Origin: a virus
DNA length: 64,000 bases
Direction: 5' to 3' (one strand)
IMG/VR virus record: IMGVR_UViG_3300046535_002148
Span: 70,640-134,639 of that record
The position numbers and the translations under genes are program-made. Shown one piece after another: positions 49,594-61,414 of the stretch. The first letter of the stretch is position 1; every line of letters starts with the position of its first letter. Below the pieces are notes generated by a model that made no database searches, was not told the DNA's origin, and saw nothing but the letters and a program-made list of their open reading frames with translations.

Positions 49594-50226
49594 ATGGACC
49601 TCGGAAAGCGCGCTGCCGTAGGAGTTCTGACGGCCACAGTGCTCACTGCCGGCCTCAGCGGCTGCGGCAAGGACAGACCCAGCTATCGACCTGTCGCCTA
49701 CGGCGAGGCGGGAACGTGCTTCTTCGTCGATGATCCCTACGAGGTGGTCCAACAGCAGGCCCTCGGGTTGTGCCCGACGGGCTGGACGCCGGCGCGGATG
49801 CCGCCCTACTGGCTCAACCGCTACGCCAGCTACTACGACTCCCCCGCCTACGCCAACGCCTTCGTGCTGCCGGCGCACCGGACCGTCTACATCAACACCG
49901 GCAAGACCTACCTGCGCGACCACAAGGCCGACATCACCGCGGCGCTGAAGGATGCGCAGTACTCCAAGGTCAACAAGAAGGGCCAGACCGTCGGCCAGCC
50001 GGTCCCGGCGACGAAGATCGCCAAGCAGGTGACCAGCGGCAAGTTCGGCGGCGGCAGTGCCCGCACCACGTCGCAGGGCGGTGGCGGTGCCCGCACGGGC
50101 TCGGGGTCGGGTTCGTCGACGTCGGTGAAGTCGGGCGGCTCGTCGAGTTCGTCGTTCAAGTCCAGCGGCAGCGCCCGGTCGATCCGGTCGTCGAGCTCCC
50201 GCGTCTCGAGCGGGCGTACCCGATGA
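49594..50226 (+). CDS. Lipoprotein with Gly/Ser/Arg-rich tail
   Basis: Signal peptide with lipobox LSGC. Confidence 0.65.
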   Translation: MDLGKRAAVGVLTATVLTAGLSGCGKDRPSYRPVAYGEAGTCFFVDDPYEVVQQQALGLCPTGWTPARMPPYWLNRYASYYDSPAYANAFVLPAHRTVYINTGKTYLRDHKADITAALKDAQYSKVNKKGQTVGQPVPATKIAKQVTSGKFGGGSARTTSQGGGGARTGSGSGSSTSVKSGGSSSSSFKSSGSARSIRSSSSRVSSGRTR

Positions 50227-50569
50227 CCCGGTTCCTGGTGGTGGGGTTCCGGCTGGAGACCTGGGAGCGCTTCGCCGAACTCGTCGAGGCCTCCGACCCG
50301 CGCACGGCCGAGGACATGCTCACGTTGCAGGAGGAGAAGGCCGGCAGGCCGATCGCCGTCTGCGCGGTCCTGACGATGCCCCCGGAGTGGGAGCACACGG
50401 CTGGCGCCATGGTCTGGTCCGACGGCTCCCCCGTGGTCGCCGACCAGTACGCGACCTGGATCCTCCCTGACGCCCAGTCCCAGGACGAGGTCGACCAGGC
50501 CCGCCTCGCCGGCGGCTACCACCTGTGGAGCCCGGCGGAGGAGAAGAAGAAGCGCTGGGGCTGGGGAGC

Positions 50570-50974
50570 GTGAGCGACCTGCGCATCCTCGTGACGGGCT
50601 CGCGTGCCATCACCGACCCGACCGACGTGTGGCCCCAGCTGTCGCACATCGTCTCGATGCACGTCGCCCGCCACCCGCAGGCCAGGATCACGATCGTCCA
50701 CGGCGCCTGTCCCAGCGGGGCCGACGAGCTCGCCTCGCAGTGGGTGCAGAAGTTCAACGCCGCCAATGAGCGCCAGATCGTCGAGGAACGCCACCCCGCC
50801 GACTGGGCCGGGCACGGCAGGGCCGCAGGGCCGATCCGCAACCAGGCGATGGTCGACCTCGGCGCCGACCTGTGCATCGCCTTCCCGAAGGGCGAGTCGC
50901 GTGGCACACGGCACTGCATGTACCGCGCCATCGCCGCGGGCATCCAGACCGACGTCGTCGAGCTGGGTGATTGA
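50570..50974 (+). CDS. SLOG/YspA-like (DUF2493-type) protein
   Basis: RILVTGSR, IVHGACPSGAD, ADW..HGRAAGPIRNQAMV, SRGT. Confidence 0.8.
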   Translation: MSDLRILVTGSRAITDPTDVWPQLSHIVSMHVARHPQARITIVHGACPSGADELASQWVQKFNAANERQIVEERHPADWAGHGRAAGPIRNQAMVDLGADLCIAFPKGESRGTRHCMYRAIAAGIQTDVVELGD

Positions 50975-53711
50975 TTACCGCCGGCGTGAGCCCTACAAGC
51001 CGCTCCCGCCACCGGACCCGTGTGTCGACGGTGGCCATCGTCACGACCCGGAGATCCTCGAGGATTGCGTCGGGCGGCGGGAGCCCCTCTATTACGTACG
51101 TTGCCGCCGGTGCTCGCGGACCCAGGGCGCATGGGCCGCTCCCCCGACGCATCTGCTGCAATCGCTGGCAATCGCCTACGGCTGGTCACAGGAGCTGGAC
51201 TGATGGGTGCCGACGCCAGGATGATCGGTGACTACCGCAAGCCCTGGTGCTGGATCTGCCACGCGGAGCCCGGGCCGGACTGCCCCGGCCGCGGCGACAA
51301 GGGCAAGCGCATCGACCGGGAGCGCGGCAAGAAGGAGATCCGGTCTCAGTTGGCCGAGGGGTGCACGCAGGACTGAGTGCCACAGGCGTGGAACCCGCCG
51401 AACGACTTCACGACCTCGGCAGCATCCATGAGGCGCTGCACGGGCTCGTCGAAGCGCCGCGACAGCTCCCCGAACGACAGGTCCAACTCGTCCCCCGTGA
51501 GCCTGGCCATCTCTTCGACCAGGCGCATGAACGGCATCCGCATCAGTTCGGGTCCTTCATGACCGGGGCCAACGGGAAGGCGCAGTTCCAGTGAGCGGTG
51601 TTGGACGGCGGGAACTTGGCGCTGCCGACGTAGGGCGGGTCATTGAGGTCCACCGGCTTCTCGCACACCCCGCACAGCGGCATCTTGTCCTCAGCCACTC
51701 TGCTCCTTCAGCTCGTCGAGATACGCCTGCAGCCGCAGGCCCTGGCCGCTCATCATCACGGCCTCGAGCAGCGGGTACAGCCGGTGGCCCTGCGGGATGT
51801 CCCTGACGCCGCTGGCGGCGTCCAGGCGGTGCACGAGTTCCCGCAGGAACCTCACGTCGTCCTTGAAGGACTCGGGCAGGTGGATCAGGACGAACGTCCC
51901 GCCGACCCCGGACTCGTCGGGCGCTTCAATCATGGTCGTGTTCCTCCGAGCAGCAGGTGCACGCCAGCACCCAGCCGTCATCGGGCAGGCCGGCGTTGTG
52001 GATCTGGAACATCCGTAGGTGCCGGACCTGCTGGCGGGAATGGTCGGGGCACACCTTCGGCTCCGACCACTCGATGGCGACCTCGGGGACGGCGAACAGG
52101 TGCCGTGCCGGCTCCCCCATCAGAGCTGACTCTCCCAGGCCTCGAACTTCCGGCCGACCGTCGCCGGCGGCGGCAACTTCGGCTCGCCGCCGAAGTGCTC
52201 GGCCCACTCGACGGGGTGCTGGTCGTAGAGGTGCAGCTCCGCCGCGGCCTCGGATGCCAGTTCCGTGGTCCAGCTCTCGCGGTGATGGCACACCGTGCAG
52301 GTGAAGCCGAACTCGGTCGGCTCCTCCGAGGCGTCCTCCATGGTGAACTTCATCGCGCATCTCCTGCCCTGATGTCCTTGCCCTCGTGGTGCCAGATCCA
52401 GTCCGGCAGTGGGACCTGCGCGGCCTTCTCACAGGCCTCAGGCAGCGACCAGGCGCGGACCTCGAGCTTCCAGGGATTGCCGACCCAGTCGGCGTCGTGG
52501 TGCTTGCCCTCGGCGTCGCCGAAGGACGGACGCCCGCGCACCTCGAACTGCCACAGATGGCCGTCCTCGGGGCTGCCGGTCACAACAGCTCCTCGAGACG
52601 ACCGAGGCAGGTGATCTGGAGCTCGAACCGGGCGCCGGCCAGCTGGAACTGGATGACGCTCGGGTCCGGGCCAGGCGGGGGGTTGATGCCGGTGTTGAGC
52701 TCCTTGTGCAGCAGGACGGTCAGCATGCCCGCCGCCCAGGCCTGCAGAGCCGCCTTGTCGTCCTGATGCAACGCAACTCCCGAGCCAGCTTGGCGAACCG
52801 TCCCACGCTCCGGCGGACGACCGATGCCTGTCATCCTTGGGGTGCGAGGCTACAGCGGAAACCTCAGATGTCGCACCGGTCTGCGCGTTGGATTCCGGAC
52901 AGCCCCGGACAGAGGGACTCCGGCCGACTGCTGCTGCACCTCAAGGACGACCTGCGCCGACACGGCTATCCCGAAGATCTGATCGAATAAACTCGACAAA
53001 GCGCCGTCCGCACGAGCCGTAGCCTCAGAGTCAGTTCGTGGCAACCGGGCGGCGCGCCACGCTCTGGAGTCTCGATGTCGAAGACCGTCAAGAAGTTCCT
53101 CGTTGTACGCGCCGACGGCAGTGCCCGCGTGGTCGCCACCAGGCCGAACCTGCGCCTCGACGAGTTCGCCTACCAGCTCAACATCGCGATTCCGGATGCA
53201 TGGTCGCGGATCATCGGCCAGATCGACCTGACTCTCCCTGACCCCGCTGATCTTCCGGCCGTGCAGGTCAGGGTCGAGGAGGCCGAGCTGCCGTGAACCC
53301 GAGCCTGGGGTTCCGGATCCGCCTGCTCGGCTGCGTCTTCAGTCTCCACACCTGGAACGACTGGCGGTACTCGCCGTTCCATCGGGAAGATGACTGGCAG
53401 ATACGTACTTGCGACATCTGCTGCAACGGCCTGCAGGAGAGGCAACTGACGCTAAGTCAGGAGAGCGCATGAAGGTCAGGATCAACAAGGAAGACGATCG
53501 GTGGATCGTCCGGACGCCGCTGAAGAGCGTTCAGGGCGACCGCGACAGCTACGCCGACGCGGTCGAGCTGGCGCTGGAGATCTGGGAGCGACTGAACTGC
53601 CAGACGGCCACGTAATTGCGCAGCGCCGGAACCACGGGGATGCGTAGAGTTGGTCCCGGACGCCCGTCATGCATGAGCTTCGGCCAACAGCGACAACGGG
53701 CGTCCACCCAT

Positions 53712-53789
53712 AGCGGGATGGCGCAGTTCGGTTAGCGCGATGGGCTCATAACCCATAGGTCGCCGGTTCAAATCCGGCTCCCGCCACCA
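53712..53789 (+). tRNA. tRNA-Met (CAT), initiator-like
   Basis: 1:72 mismatch (A/C), three G-C pairs in anticodon arm ATGGG-CTCATAA-CCCAT, encoded CCA. Confidence 0.9.
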
Positions 53790-54339
53790 AAGGTCTTACG
53801 GGGCAGCCAAGAGTGCCCGTCAGCTTGTCAAGGGGTGTAGCGCTGGCGCGCAGCTTCCCCCGAGGTGCCCAGGTAGGAGCCGATCGCCGCCCACGACAGG
53901 CCCGCTCGACACGCCTTCGCCACGGCATCCAGGACCGCCTGCTCCGCCTTGAGGCGTGCCGCGACAGCTGCCCGGATCTCACGCAGCGGCTCCGCGTCGA
54001 ATGCCTCCACCTCGGTGTCCTCGCCGAGGGCTTCGAAGGCGTCAGCCAACACCTCGGCCCTGCCGTCGAGCTTGTCCAGTGCCTGGCGGATGCCGGCGTT
54101 GACGGCCTCCCGCTGGTGCTCGGGGCAAAGCTGCGGGACCTGGACCGGGTTGGCCAGGACGATGTGCAGGAAGGCCGGCACGCGGTCGTCGTACTGGAAC
54201 GGGTCCAGGACGGTCCCGTGGAGAATCTCGACGACGCCGGGCCACACCTCGTGGGCGGCGTTGTACGCGGCCTGGCCAACCCGCTGGCCCTGCTCGACGA
54301 ACTCGGACCAGGTGGCGAAGAACAGCTGGACGTTGGCGT

Positions 54340-54660
54340 TCACAAGATCCTCCGGGGACACACGCAGGCGCGCTTGACGAAACCCAGCGGCTCGGCCTCG
54401 GTGTCGGGATCCCACGCGAACGCCGCCGCGACCGGCACCAACAGGCTATGGCCGCTGTAGCACCAGCCGTGGTCCCAGACGTAGACGAAGTCCTTCGGGG
54501 TCATCACGATGCGCCAGTTGGTGATCATCAGGACCAGGTCGATGTTGTGCGTCGCGGTGGTCTTGAGCGTGTAGCTGCCGTAGTCGTTCAGCTTGAAGAC
54601 CTGGTCGCCGAACGGCAGTACGGGCGGGGCCTCGCCGATGTAGAAGTCGCCGCTGTCCAT
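54340..54660 (-). CDS. Hypothetical protein
   Basis: 106 aa, leaderless TAGTTT -10. Confidence 0.55.
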   Translation of the reverse strand: MDSGDFYIGEAPPVLPFGDQVFKLNDYGSYTLKTTATHNIDLVLMITNWRIVMTPKDFVYVWDHGWCYSGHSLLVPVAAAFAWDPDTEAEPLGFVKRACVCPRRIL

Positions 54661-54666
54661 GGACAG

Positions 54667-54686
54667 AAACTACAGCGGAAACGTCA
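54667..54686 (-). promoter_or_regulatory. Extended -10 promoter motif TGACGTTTCCGCTGTAGTTT, leaderless
   Basis: TANNNT lies 6 nt upstream of the ATG at 54660. Related motifs at 13949-13966(-), 52847-52866(-), 56870-56889(+) and 62350-62370(+). Confidence 0.6.
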
Positions 54687-55568
54687 AAACCCCCTCCCGA
54701 GCTGGCTTGGGAGGGGGGTTGATGTGTTGCTAGTCGGAGCGCGTGATCCTCGTGCTCTCGACGGCGTGCATCCACTCGGCAACCCTGAAGGTCCTGCGTC
54801 CGCACGCCCGGAAAGGGTCGGCGCTGACGAAGACCCAGGTGGAGATCCGCGTCCAGGCCACGCCGGTGTTACTGGATGTAGCCGCGGGCCCTGGCTGCGA
54901 TGTACGCCGCGGTGAGGGCGCAAGCGCCTTCGTGCTCGGGGCCCATGAAGGAACCGGTCGACTTGTCCGTGCACTGGGCGCCGTCGCGGATGGCATCGGA
55001 CAGGGTGTAGCCGGCGAGGACCTTGAGTTCGATCGCGCCGAGCTCCTTCTTCAGGATCAGGTCATCGAGGGCGGGATGCTCCCCCATTGGGAGGGCGGCG
55101 GGAACGCGTACCGGTACAAGGGTCGAGCTGGACATGGTGCCTCCTCAGGCATCGGGAAGGTGAGGTCGACGTCGAGCGTCTCGAGCCAGTCGGCGATCTC
55201 CTCGCGGGTCCACACCGTTCGAAGCATCCGGACGTCGAATCCCTTGAGGTACTGGAGGTGGGCCGCTACCGACAGCCGGACGCACCCGTCATTCAGGTGA
55301 ACGATGACATTGCCGACCTTGGCGGGGCCGGGACATCCGCACGGCGGCTGCACCCAGCTGTCCAGACCCGGCAACAGCGCCTTGAGCGTCCCCGTGACGG
55401 TGTGGCCGTTGAGTGAGTAGTACTGGCTCATGGCAGGACGCTAGGACGAATGCCGGTCCCGCCGTTCCGGGCGACGAGGACCTCACCCGGCCGTAGTGGT
55501 GTAGACGCGACGAAGCCCCCGTCCGTAATGGACGAGGGCTTCAGCGAGCACCCGGATAGCCTGATGGC

Positions 55569-55643
55569 TCCTCCGTAGGGGAATTGGTAGACCCACCTGC
55601 CTCTGGAGCAGGGGTATTGCAGGTTCAAGTCCTGCCGGGGGAG
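55569..55643 (+). tRNA. tRNA-Gln (CTG)
   Basis: Acceptor TCCTCCG/CGGGGGA, anticodon arm CCTGC-CTCTGGA-GCAGG, T arm GCAGG-TTCAAGT-CCTGC. Confidence 0.88.
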
Positions 55644-56896
55644 CTCAGTTCGTCGGCCACAGACAGACGGCGGGAAGGCCCTCCGCGGGCTCCTCGCCCG
55701 TCTCCGTGTCGTCGCCTTCCTCGACCGTGCTGAACTCGCCGGAGTAGGTGGTGTCGGGCTCGTACACGCCGATCGAGAACTCGGCGAACGGCGAGAAGCG
55801 GTTGCCCTCGGCGTCCTTGGACATCACGACGATGGCGTTCGACGGGAGCATCTGCAGCTCGTCGATCAGCTCGGCAACGGTCGTTCCAGTGGTGACGGCG
55901 TTCATTCGGGGATTCCCATCCGCTGGTAGAAGGTCTGCTTGCACTGCCGCGTGCCGTCGAGGCACCACGGCGGCGGTTCGATGAAGTGGGTGAGGCTGCG
56001 CCGGCCGAGCTGGCGTCCGCAGAAGGTGCACGGGCCGCGTTCCTTCCGGAACCAGAGCAACGTCATGGCTTCTCCTCGTAGACGCTGGACTTCCGCAGGT
56101 CGCCCTGGGTCTCGAAGTGGCGGTCGAGGCGGTCGGCCAGTCGACGCGCCTTCGCCTTGTTCGCCCAGATCCAGATCGAGACGCTGTGGATGTCGCCGCC
56201 TCCGCCCATGTGCATGGTCGCCGGGGAGCCGATCCTGCAGCAGGCGTCGGACTCGAAGTACTCGTCCCACTGCTTCTCGAAGGACGGCGGCAGGTGGTAC
56301 TCCCACAACCAGGACCGGCTCACGCCGTCACCGGCCGCTCGTCGAGCAGACCGTCGCGATGCAGGCAGCATCCGCAGAGCACGCGCCGCGCGTCGGTCTT
56401 CACCCACTGGATGAGGGGCTTCGGCCGACCCACGCACCGCGGCAGGACCTCGAAGTGGCGCCCCAGCCACTCCTGGTCGTCCTGCGGGAAGTTGACGATC
56501 GGGATCTCGGCGTCGTACTCGAAGCCCTCGGCGTCGACCAGGCGTACGAAGGCCTGCCCGTCCCAGAGGTAGCCCTCGATCCAGCCGAGGAAGCGCTCGC
56601 GCTTCGGGCCGCGGCTCATTCCGGCGCCTTCGACGACAGCTCGTCCTCGAGCTGCTCGACCGTGACGCCGGCGGTGTCCGCAGCCATCCGGCGGCAACGC
56701 TCCGAGATCAGGAGCAGTTGTGCGACGCGAGCGCACTGGTCCTCGGTCAATGGTCCGAGACGCTTGGCTGCGGCCAGGATGTCCGCACGGGCGTACCGCT
56801 GGTCCTCCATGTCGCCGATCATGCCGGCGACGGAGCTTGCACGGCACTCCCGAGCTGACTCGGGAGTTATGGCATTTCCGCTGTAGGTTCCGGGTC

Positions 56897-57244
56897 ATGG
56901 CCCGCGTGTTCGTCACCCAGTACGTGATCGAGCCGGACGGCTACGCCGAGGCTCCGTTCATGGACAAGCACCACTTCATCCTGCACGTCGTGCGCCGCAC
57001 ACTCGACGGCAGCTGGGATCCGGAGGAGTGGTCGGTCTGTCGACCCGGGTTCCACGGCGAGGCCTACACGAGGACCGGCAAGCTGGTCGGGGTCCGCGGC
57101 AGCGACCGGCTGAATCGACGACACGCGGTGTTCGACCTGGCGACGGCGTTGGACCTGGCCCACCGCCTCGTCGACGGCGAGCTGGTGACCAGGGAGTACC
57201 GCACGCTGAAGGACGCGGTGGCGCAGTGGAGGCTCGCCACCTAA
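56897..57244 (+). CDS. Hypothetical protein
   Basis: MARVFVTQY..., leaderless TAGGTT -10. Confidence 0.55.
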   Translation: MARVFVTQYVIEPDGYAEAPFMDKHHFILHVVRRTLDGSWDPEEWSVCRPGFHGEAYTRTGKLVGVRGSDRLNRRHAVFDLATALDLAHRLVDGELVTREYRTLKDAVAQWRLAT

Positions 57245-57347
57245 TCCGGTTGGCCCCGGGACCGCGGTCTGACACGCTGGGCCCATGGACCGCCGCCGAT
57301 ATCTGCGACTTACCAGTAGTCGCTCGTCATCTTCCCTGTCCTGACGC

Positions 57348-57442
57348 GGAGGGATGGCCGAGCGGCCTAAGGCGGCGCGCTGCTAACGCGTAGAGGCCCC
57401 TGTCGGGGTGCTCCGAGGGTTCGAATCCCTCTCCCTCCGCCA
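57348..57442 (+). tRNA. tRNA-Ser (GCT)
   Basis: GGAGGGA/TCCCTCC acceptor, CTGCTAA loop, long variable arm, G73, CCA. Confidence 0.9.
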
Positions 57443-57443
57443 T

Positions 57444-57529
57444 GGAGGGCGGCGACCAGTGGTGGTCACCCCGTTTCGAAAACGGGTATGCCGGGCACCG
57501 ACCCGAGGGTTCGACTCCTTCGCTCTCCG
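57444..57529 (+). tRNA. tRNA-Ser (CGA)
   Basis: GGAGGGC/GCTCTCC acceptor, CCCGT-TTCGAAA-ACGGG, long variable arm. Confidence 0.75.
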
Positions 57530-57555
57530 CTCATAGCGCGCCGGGGTACATGCAT

Positions 57556-57629
57556 GCCCCCGTGGTCAAACTGGCAAAGGCGCTCGGCTCAGACCCGAGA
57601 GTTTGGGAGTTCGAGTCTCCCCGGGGGTA
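57556..57629 (+). tRNA. tRNA-Leu (CAG), short variable loop
   Basis: GCCCCCG/CGGGGGT acceptor, CTCGG-CTCAGAC-CCGAG, T loop TTCGAGT, A73. Confidence 0.85.
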
Positions 57630-57632
57630 CGA

Positions 57633-57701
57633 GGCAGGCAGTGCAGGGCACCGGCGCGGCTGTAAACCGCCTCCGTCTCGGTTCGACTCCGGGGTCTGCC
57701 A
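57633..57701 (+). tRNA. tRNA-Tyr (GTA), atypical reduced D arm
   Basis: GGCAGGC/GTCTGCC acceptor, GCGG-CTGTAAA-CCGC, T loop TTCGACT. D arm is only GTGC-AGG-GCAC. Confidence 0.6.
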
Positions 57702-58055
57702 CGTAGCCGGCTCGGGACCTACTCGACGTCCCAACCGGCGAGGTCGCCGAGCGTCAGGTCGGTCTCGGCCAGGTTGCGCATGGTCTGCTCACGCTCGGCC
57801 CGCCGACCGCGGTGGTACCCGACGTCCTGCCCGCGCTCGTAGGCGTCGATGATGTGCCCGACCAGGTCGCCCTGTCCGTCGCGGTGGCCCGCCCTGTAGT
57901 CGTCGATCCCGCTGGGCGTGTCGGGGATGTACGGCTGGTCAGCGGCACGGCGGACGGTCTTCGGCTTCATGACGCTCCTTGCTGAGGTGGATCCTGAGCG
58001 TAAATGAGGAATCCCCATGATCGCCACGAGTTGAGGGCGAGCCGATAAGCAGGGG

Positions 58056-58373
58056 ATGGAGCGCGATGCCTGGAACGACCCGACGAAGCCGCCGACTGCG
58101 GCGACCGACCTGGGCGACGGCGCGTGGGTGTCCTGGGGGACGTCGCTGAACCGCGGCGACGAACCATTGGTGTGGCACTGGTGCACCGGCGCCGTGATGC
58201 TGGCCGAGCCCGGCGACCACATCGAGGGTTGGTACCCGCGGTGGGCGCCGGCCGGGGTCGGCGCACACACCCTCGTACAGAAGGAGCCGTTCACGATCAG
58301 TCCGTCGGTGTACTGGCCGTACTGCTGCGGGATGCACGGCTTCATCACCGACGGGGTCTACCGACCCTGCTAG
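58056..58373 (+). CDS. Hypothetical protein
   Basis: PFTISPSV...CCGMHGFITDG motif. Confidence 0.55.
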   Translation: MERDAWNDPTKPPTAATDLGDGAWVSWGTSLNRGDEPLVWHWCTGAVMLAEPGDHIEGWYPRWAPAGVGAHTLVQKEPFTISPSVYWPYCCGMHGFITDGVYRPC

Positions 58374-58930
58374 GACTCGTTTTCGTCGTCGCGCCGATCC
58401 ATCCACTCGCGGACCAGCTCGGGGTTGCGCGACGGGTGCTGCCACTCCCCTCGCTTCCTGTCGAAACGCGCCCGGTCCGACGACTCGTAGTCGGCCACGA
58501 CGTTGAGCTGGCGAGCGAGCTCGCGTGCCTGGTCCACCGTCAACGAGAGGGCCACGGATGGCTCCTCACCGGAATGCCCGGTGGTGATCTGGAAGTCGAC
58601 CAGCCCGTTGGCCAGGCCCCAGCACAGGTCGATGCGCAGGGTTGACGACTTCCCCATGAGCAAGGCGTCGTCGGTGACGATCGAGTCGAACTCCTCGATC
58701 TCGTCGCGAGGGTCGTCCATTCCTACGACTCCCTTCGGGCGAGAGCTGCATGAGCCTCCACCAAGGTGACGATGAACCTCCCGATGGCCTCGTCGCGGCG
58801 CTGGCGCACCTGCTCGTGGTACCCGGCGTCCGGACAGACCCAGTTCTCCAGGGCCTTCCCGATCCGTCGACACCGGGGACAGGTGAACGGGTCGTCCGCC
58901 ACAAACTCTCCTTCTTGAACGTCCGGAGCG

Positions 58931-59905
58931 CTACTGCTTCCAGTGGAAGACGCGCTCGCCGCCGAGCAGCGGGGCGCCCTCCGGGCCCTTGATGTGCGGC
59001 GTGATCCAGATCGGTCGGTGCACGTTGCGCGAGGGATACCACTGCTGGCGCCAGTGCCCACGGACGACCCACTGGTGCTGGTAGTCCCGCTCGCTCATCC
59101 CCCGTTCCGACGCCGGTTTCGTCGGTCGTCGCAGGGTGATTAGCCGGACCTTGGCCTCGGGATCTCCCCCGTTGCGCCTCAGTCGCTTCTTGCTCATCCG
59201 GTCCAGCTCGACCTCGGACTCGCGGGCGAGACCCTCCTGCTGCATGAGCACCCAGGCAGCCTTGACGATCATCGCCGGACTCGTGGGCAGGCCGCGGCGC
59301 TTGATGTCCTCCAGGTCCTCGAGCGCCGGGTCGCCGTACTCCCAGACACTCATCCCGCCGCGGATGTGCAACTGGGGCAAGGACTGCCGGATCCAGGCCT
59401 GCTGAGTGGGGTCGGTGATCCCGTCGGCGACGATCATGTCGTCGCGGTGGAGCAGGTAGACGACACCGATCCCACTGATTTCCCAGAGGTCTGGATGGAG
59501 GGGGCCCCAGGCGACGCCGTGCACCGCGTCGCGGTCGAAGCGCCACAGGGGTTCTGGGCTGTAGAGCACGCCGTAGTCCGACGGCAGGTCCTCCGGCGTC
59601 AAGGTGAAGTCCGGAAAGCTCTCCGAGGCGTGCTTGGCCAGCTCGGTCATGTCGGCCTCGACGTAGAACAGATCCGCCTCGGCGATCACCGCACCGGCGA
59701 GCCCGTGCCGTTCCGGCGGCTCGGGCTCATCAGGGGAACGCGGCCGGGATCTTCGCTCCTCGTTGAAACCGTGCCACCACGACTCGGCGTACGCGGAGTC
59801 GGCCCAGTGGGCCATCTCGCGACGCAGCTCGGGCAGGTCGACCGGGCGGAAAGGCGGCACACCACAGACTAAGCGAAAATGTCGAATCTGACCCACTGTT
59901 CGCAA
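58931..59905 (-). CDS. Hypothetical phage protein
   Basis: C-terminal HQWVVRGHWRQQWYPS...HRPIWITPHIKGP motif. True start probably ~59840. Confidence 0.65.
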   Translation of the reverse strand: MRTVGQIRHFRLVCGVPPFRPVDLPELRREMAHWADSAYAESWWHGFNEERRSRPRSPDEPEPPERHGLAGAVIAEADLFYVEADMTELAKHASESFPDFTLTPEDLPSDYGVLYSPEPLWRFDRDAVHGVAWGPLHPDLWEISGIGVVYLLHRDDMIVADGITDPTQQAWIRQSLPQLHIRGGMSVWEYGDPALEDLEDIKRRGLPTSPAMIVKAAWVLMQQEGLARESEVELDRMSKKRLRRNGGDPEAKVRLITLRRPTKPASERGMSERDYQHQWVVRGHWRQQWYPSRNVHRPIWITPHIKGPEGAPLLGGERVFHWKQ

Positions 59906-60192
59906 CTCCCGAGCTGCACCGGGAGTTTCGTCCGCGATCCGGATCAGGTCTGGCGCAATCAGATCTGGTCCAGGTGGGCCCTGAGCTGATCCAGCGAGAT
60001 CGTGCTCCCGCCCTCAGCCGTTGCGGCATCGAAGGCCGCGATGTCCTCGAGGGCTTCCACCGCGCGGCGGAGGAATGCGAGGGAGACCACGCGTCCCGGC
60101 GGGTCTGACCCCGCAGTTCGTGACGTTCCCTCGCCAGATCATGGTGGAGGGGCCGACCCACAAGTTCGCCGTCTCCTAAGCCCAACCCTCGA

Positions 60193-60534
60193 TCACTCGG
60201 TCGGAAATTTCACGATCTTCGCTCGGCGCCGCGGCCCCAAGGGCTTCAACGTCTCCGGCGACACGGCCGGGGATACGTCGATGTCGGCCATCCGGCGCCT
60301 GCGCCTGCGCGGTGTCGGGGCGGCGCTGGGCTGAACGGTGAACTGATCCACGATGGCGTCGATGTTCGCTTGGCTGAACTTCACGTAGCGCCCGATCCGC
60401 ACGTGCGGGATCTCGCCCTTCTGGTAGCGACGACGGATGAAGTCCACGGTCACGCCGAGCATCTCCGCGGCCTCCTCGACGGTGTAGAGAACCGGTTGCG
60501 GCACGTGACTCCTCGATCTGGGTGGCAGCGACAC
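60193..60534 (-). CDS. Excisionase-like HTH protein
   Basis: LYTVEEAAEMLGVT...GEIPHVRIGRYVKF. Confidence 0.75.
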   Translation of the reverse strand: MSLPPRSRSHVPQPVLYTVEEAAEMLGVTVDFIRRRYQKGEIPHVRIGRYVKFSQANIDAIVDQFTVQPSAAPTPRRRRRRMADIDVSPAVSPETLKPLGPRRRAKIVKFPTE

Positions 60535-61414
60535 CGAGCGTCTTCCATACGGCCTGAGGTTGTCCGGCTCCGGCTAGGAATCCATTGGCCGGACCCTGTT
60601 CCGGTCGATCTCCTGCGTCATCATCGCGCCGATGCTGGCCACCATGTCGTCGAGGCTTTCGAGGGAGAGCTTGATCGCCGGCCGGGCCTTGACCGGCACC
60701 TTCCGCATATCCGGATAGAGACGCCGGATCCTGCCCCGCATCTTCCGGGCGTCGTCGAGGAAGCGGGCCAGCTCGATCATCGTCCTGCGGCGCGAAGCCC
60801 GTGCCGCAACGGAGGTCCGGATGCCGACGTCGTCGAGCACGGCGTCTGCCTCGGCGAGGGCGTCGGTGGGGATCGCGCCGTGCTCGGCCTCGTACTCAGC
60901 GACCGCGGCGAGGCCCGCGCTTTCCTCCTCCGTGAGGGGAGGTCCCACCACCACGGTGAACGAGTAGCGATCGAGTTGATCGGCGGGCACCCCGGCCTCG
61001 ATCAGCTGGAGCTTCGCCTCGGCGATGGCGACCGCCTTCGCGATGTTTGTCTGCTGTTCCGGCGTGAACTCGTCGACGCCGATCTCGACAATGTTCGGAT
61101 CCTTCTTCACGACGTTCCCCCTGGCGGGTCCGGTTCGATGTCCCGCGGCCGGCGGTTCCGGACCTGCCGGGCGATCTTGTTCCGCTCCTGCTGTTCGGGG
61201 TCCTCGGCCAATGCCGCGTACCCGGCCTCGAGTTCGGCCCTGCGTCCGGTGTACTCGGCCAGGGCCTTGCCCAGAGGCGAGTCCGGCGGCGGGTTGTCGG
61301 TGATGACCACGACCTTCCCGCTGCCGCAGTGCGGGCACGTCGCCAGGCCGAGCTCGTCCCACCGCTCGAGACACCTCATGCACGCGCCGCCGGTCGGCAC
61401 GGGAGTCCAGTCCA

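Noticed and set aside
55488-55560. Possible tRNA upstream of tRNA-Gln
   Set aside because: Only a long hairpin (GAAGCCC...GGGCTTC), with no T loop or cloverleaf
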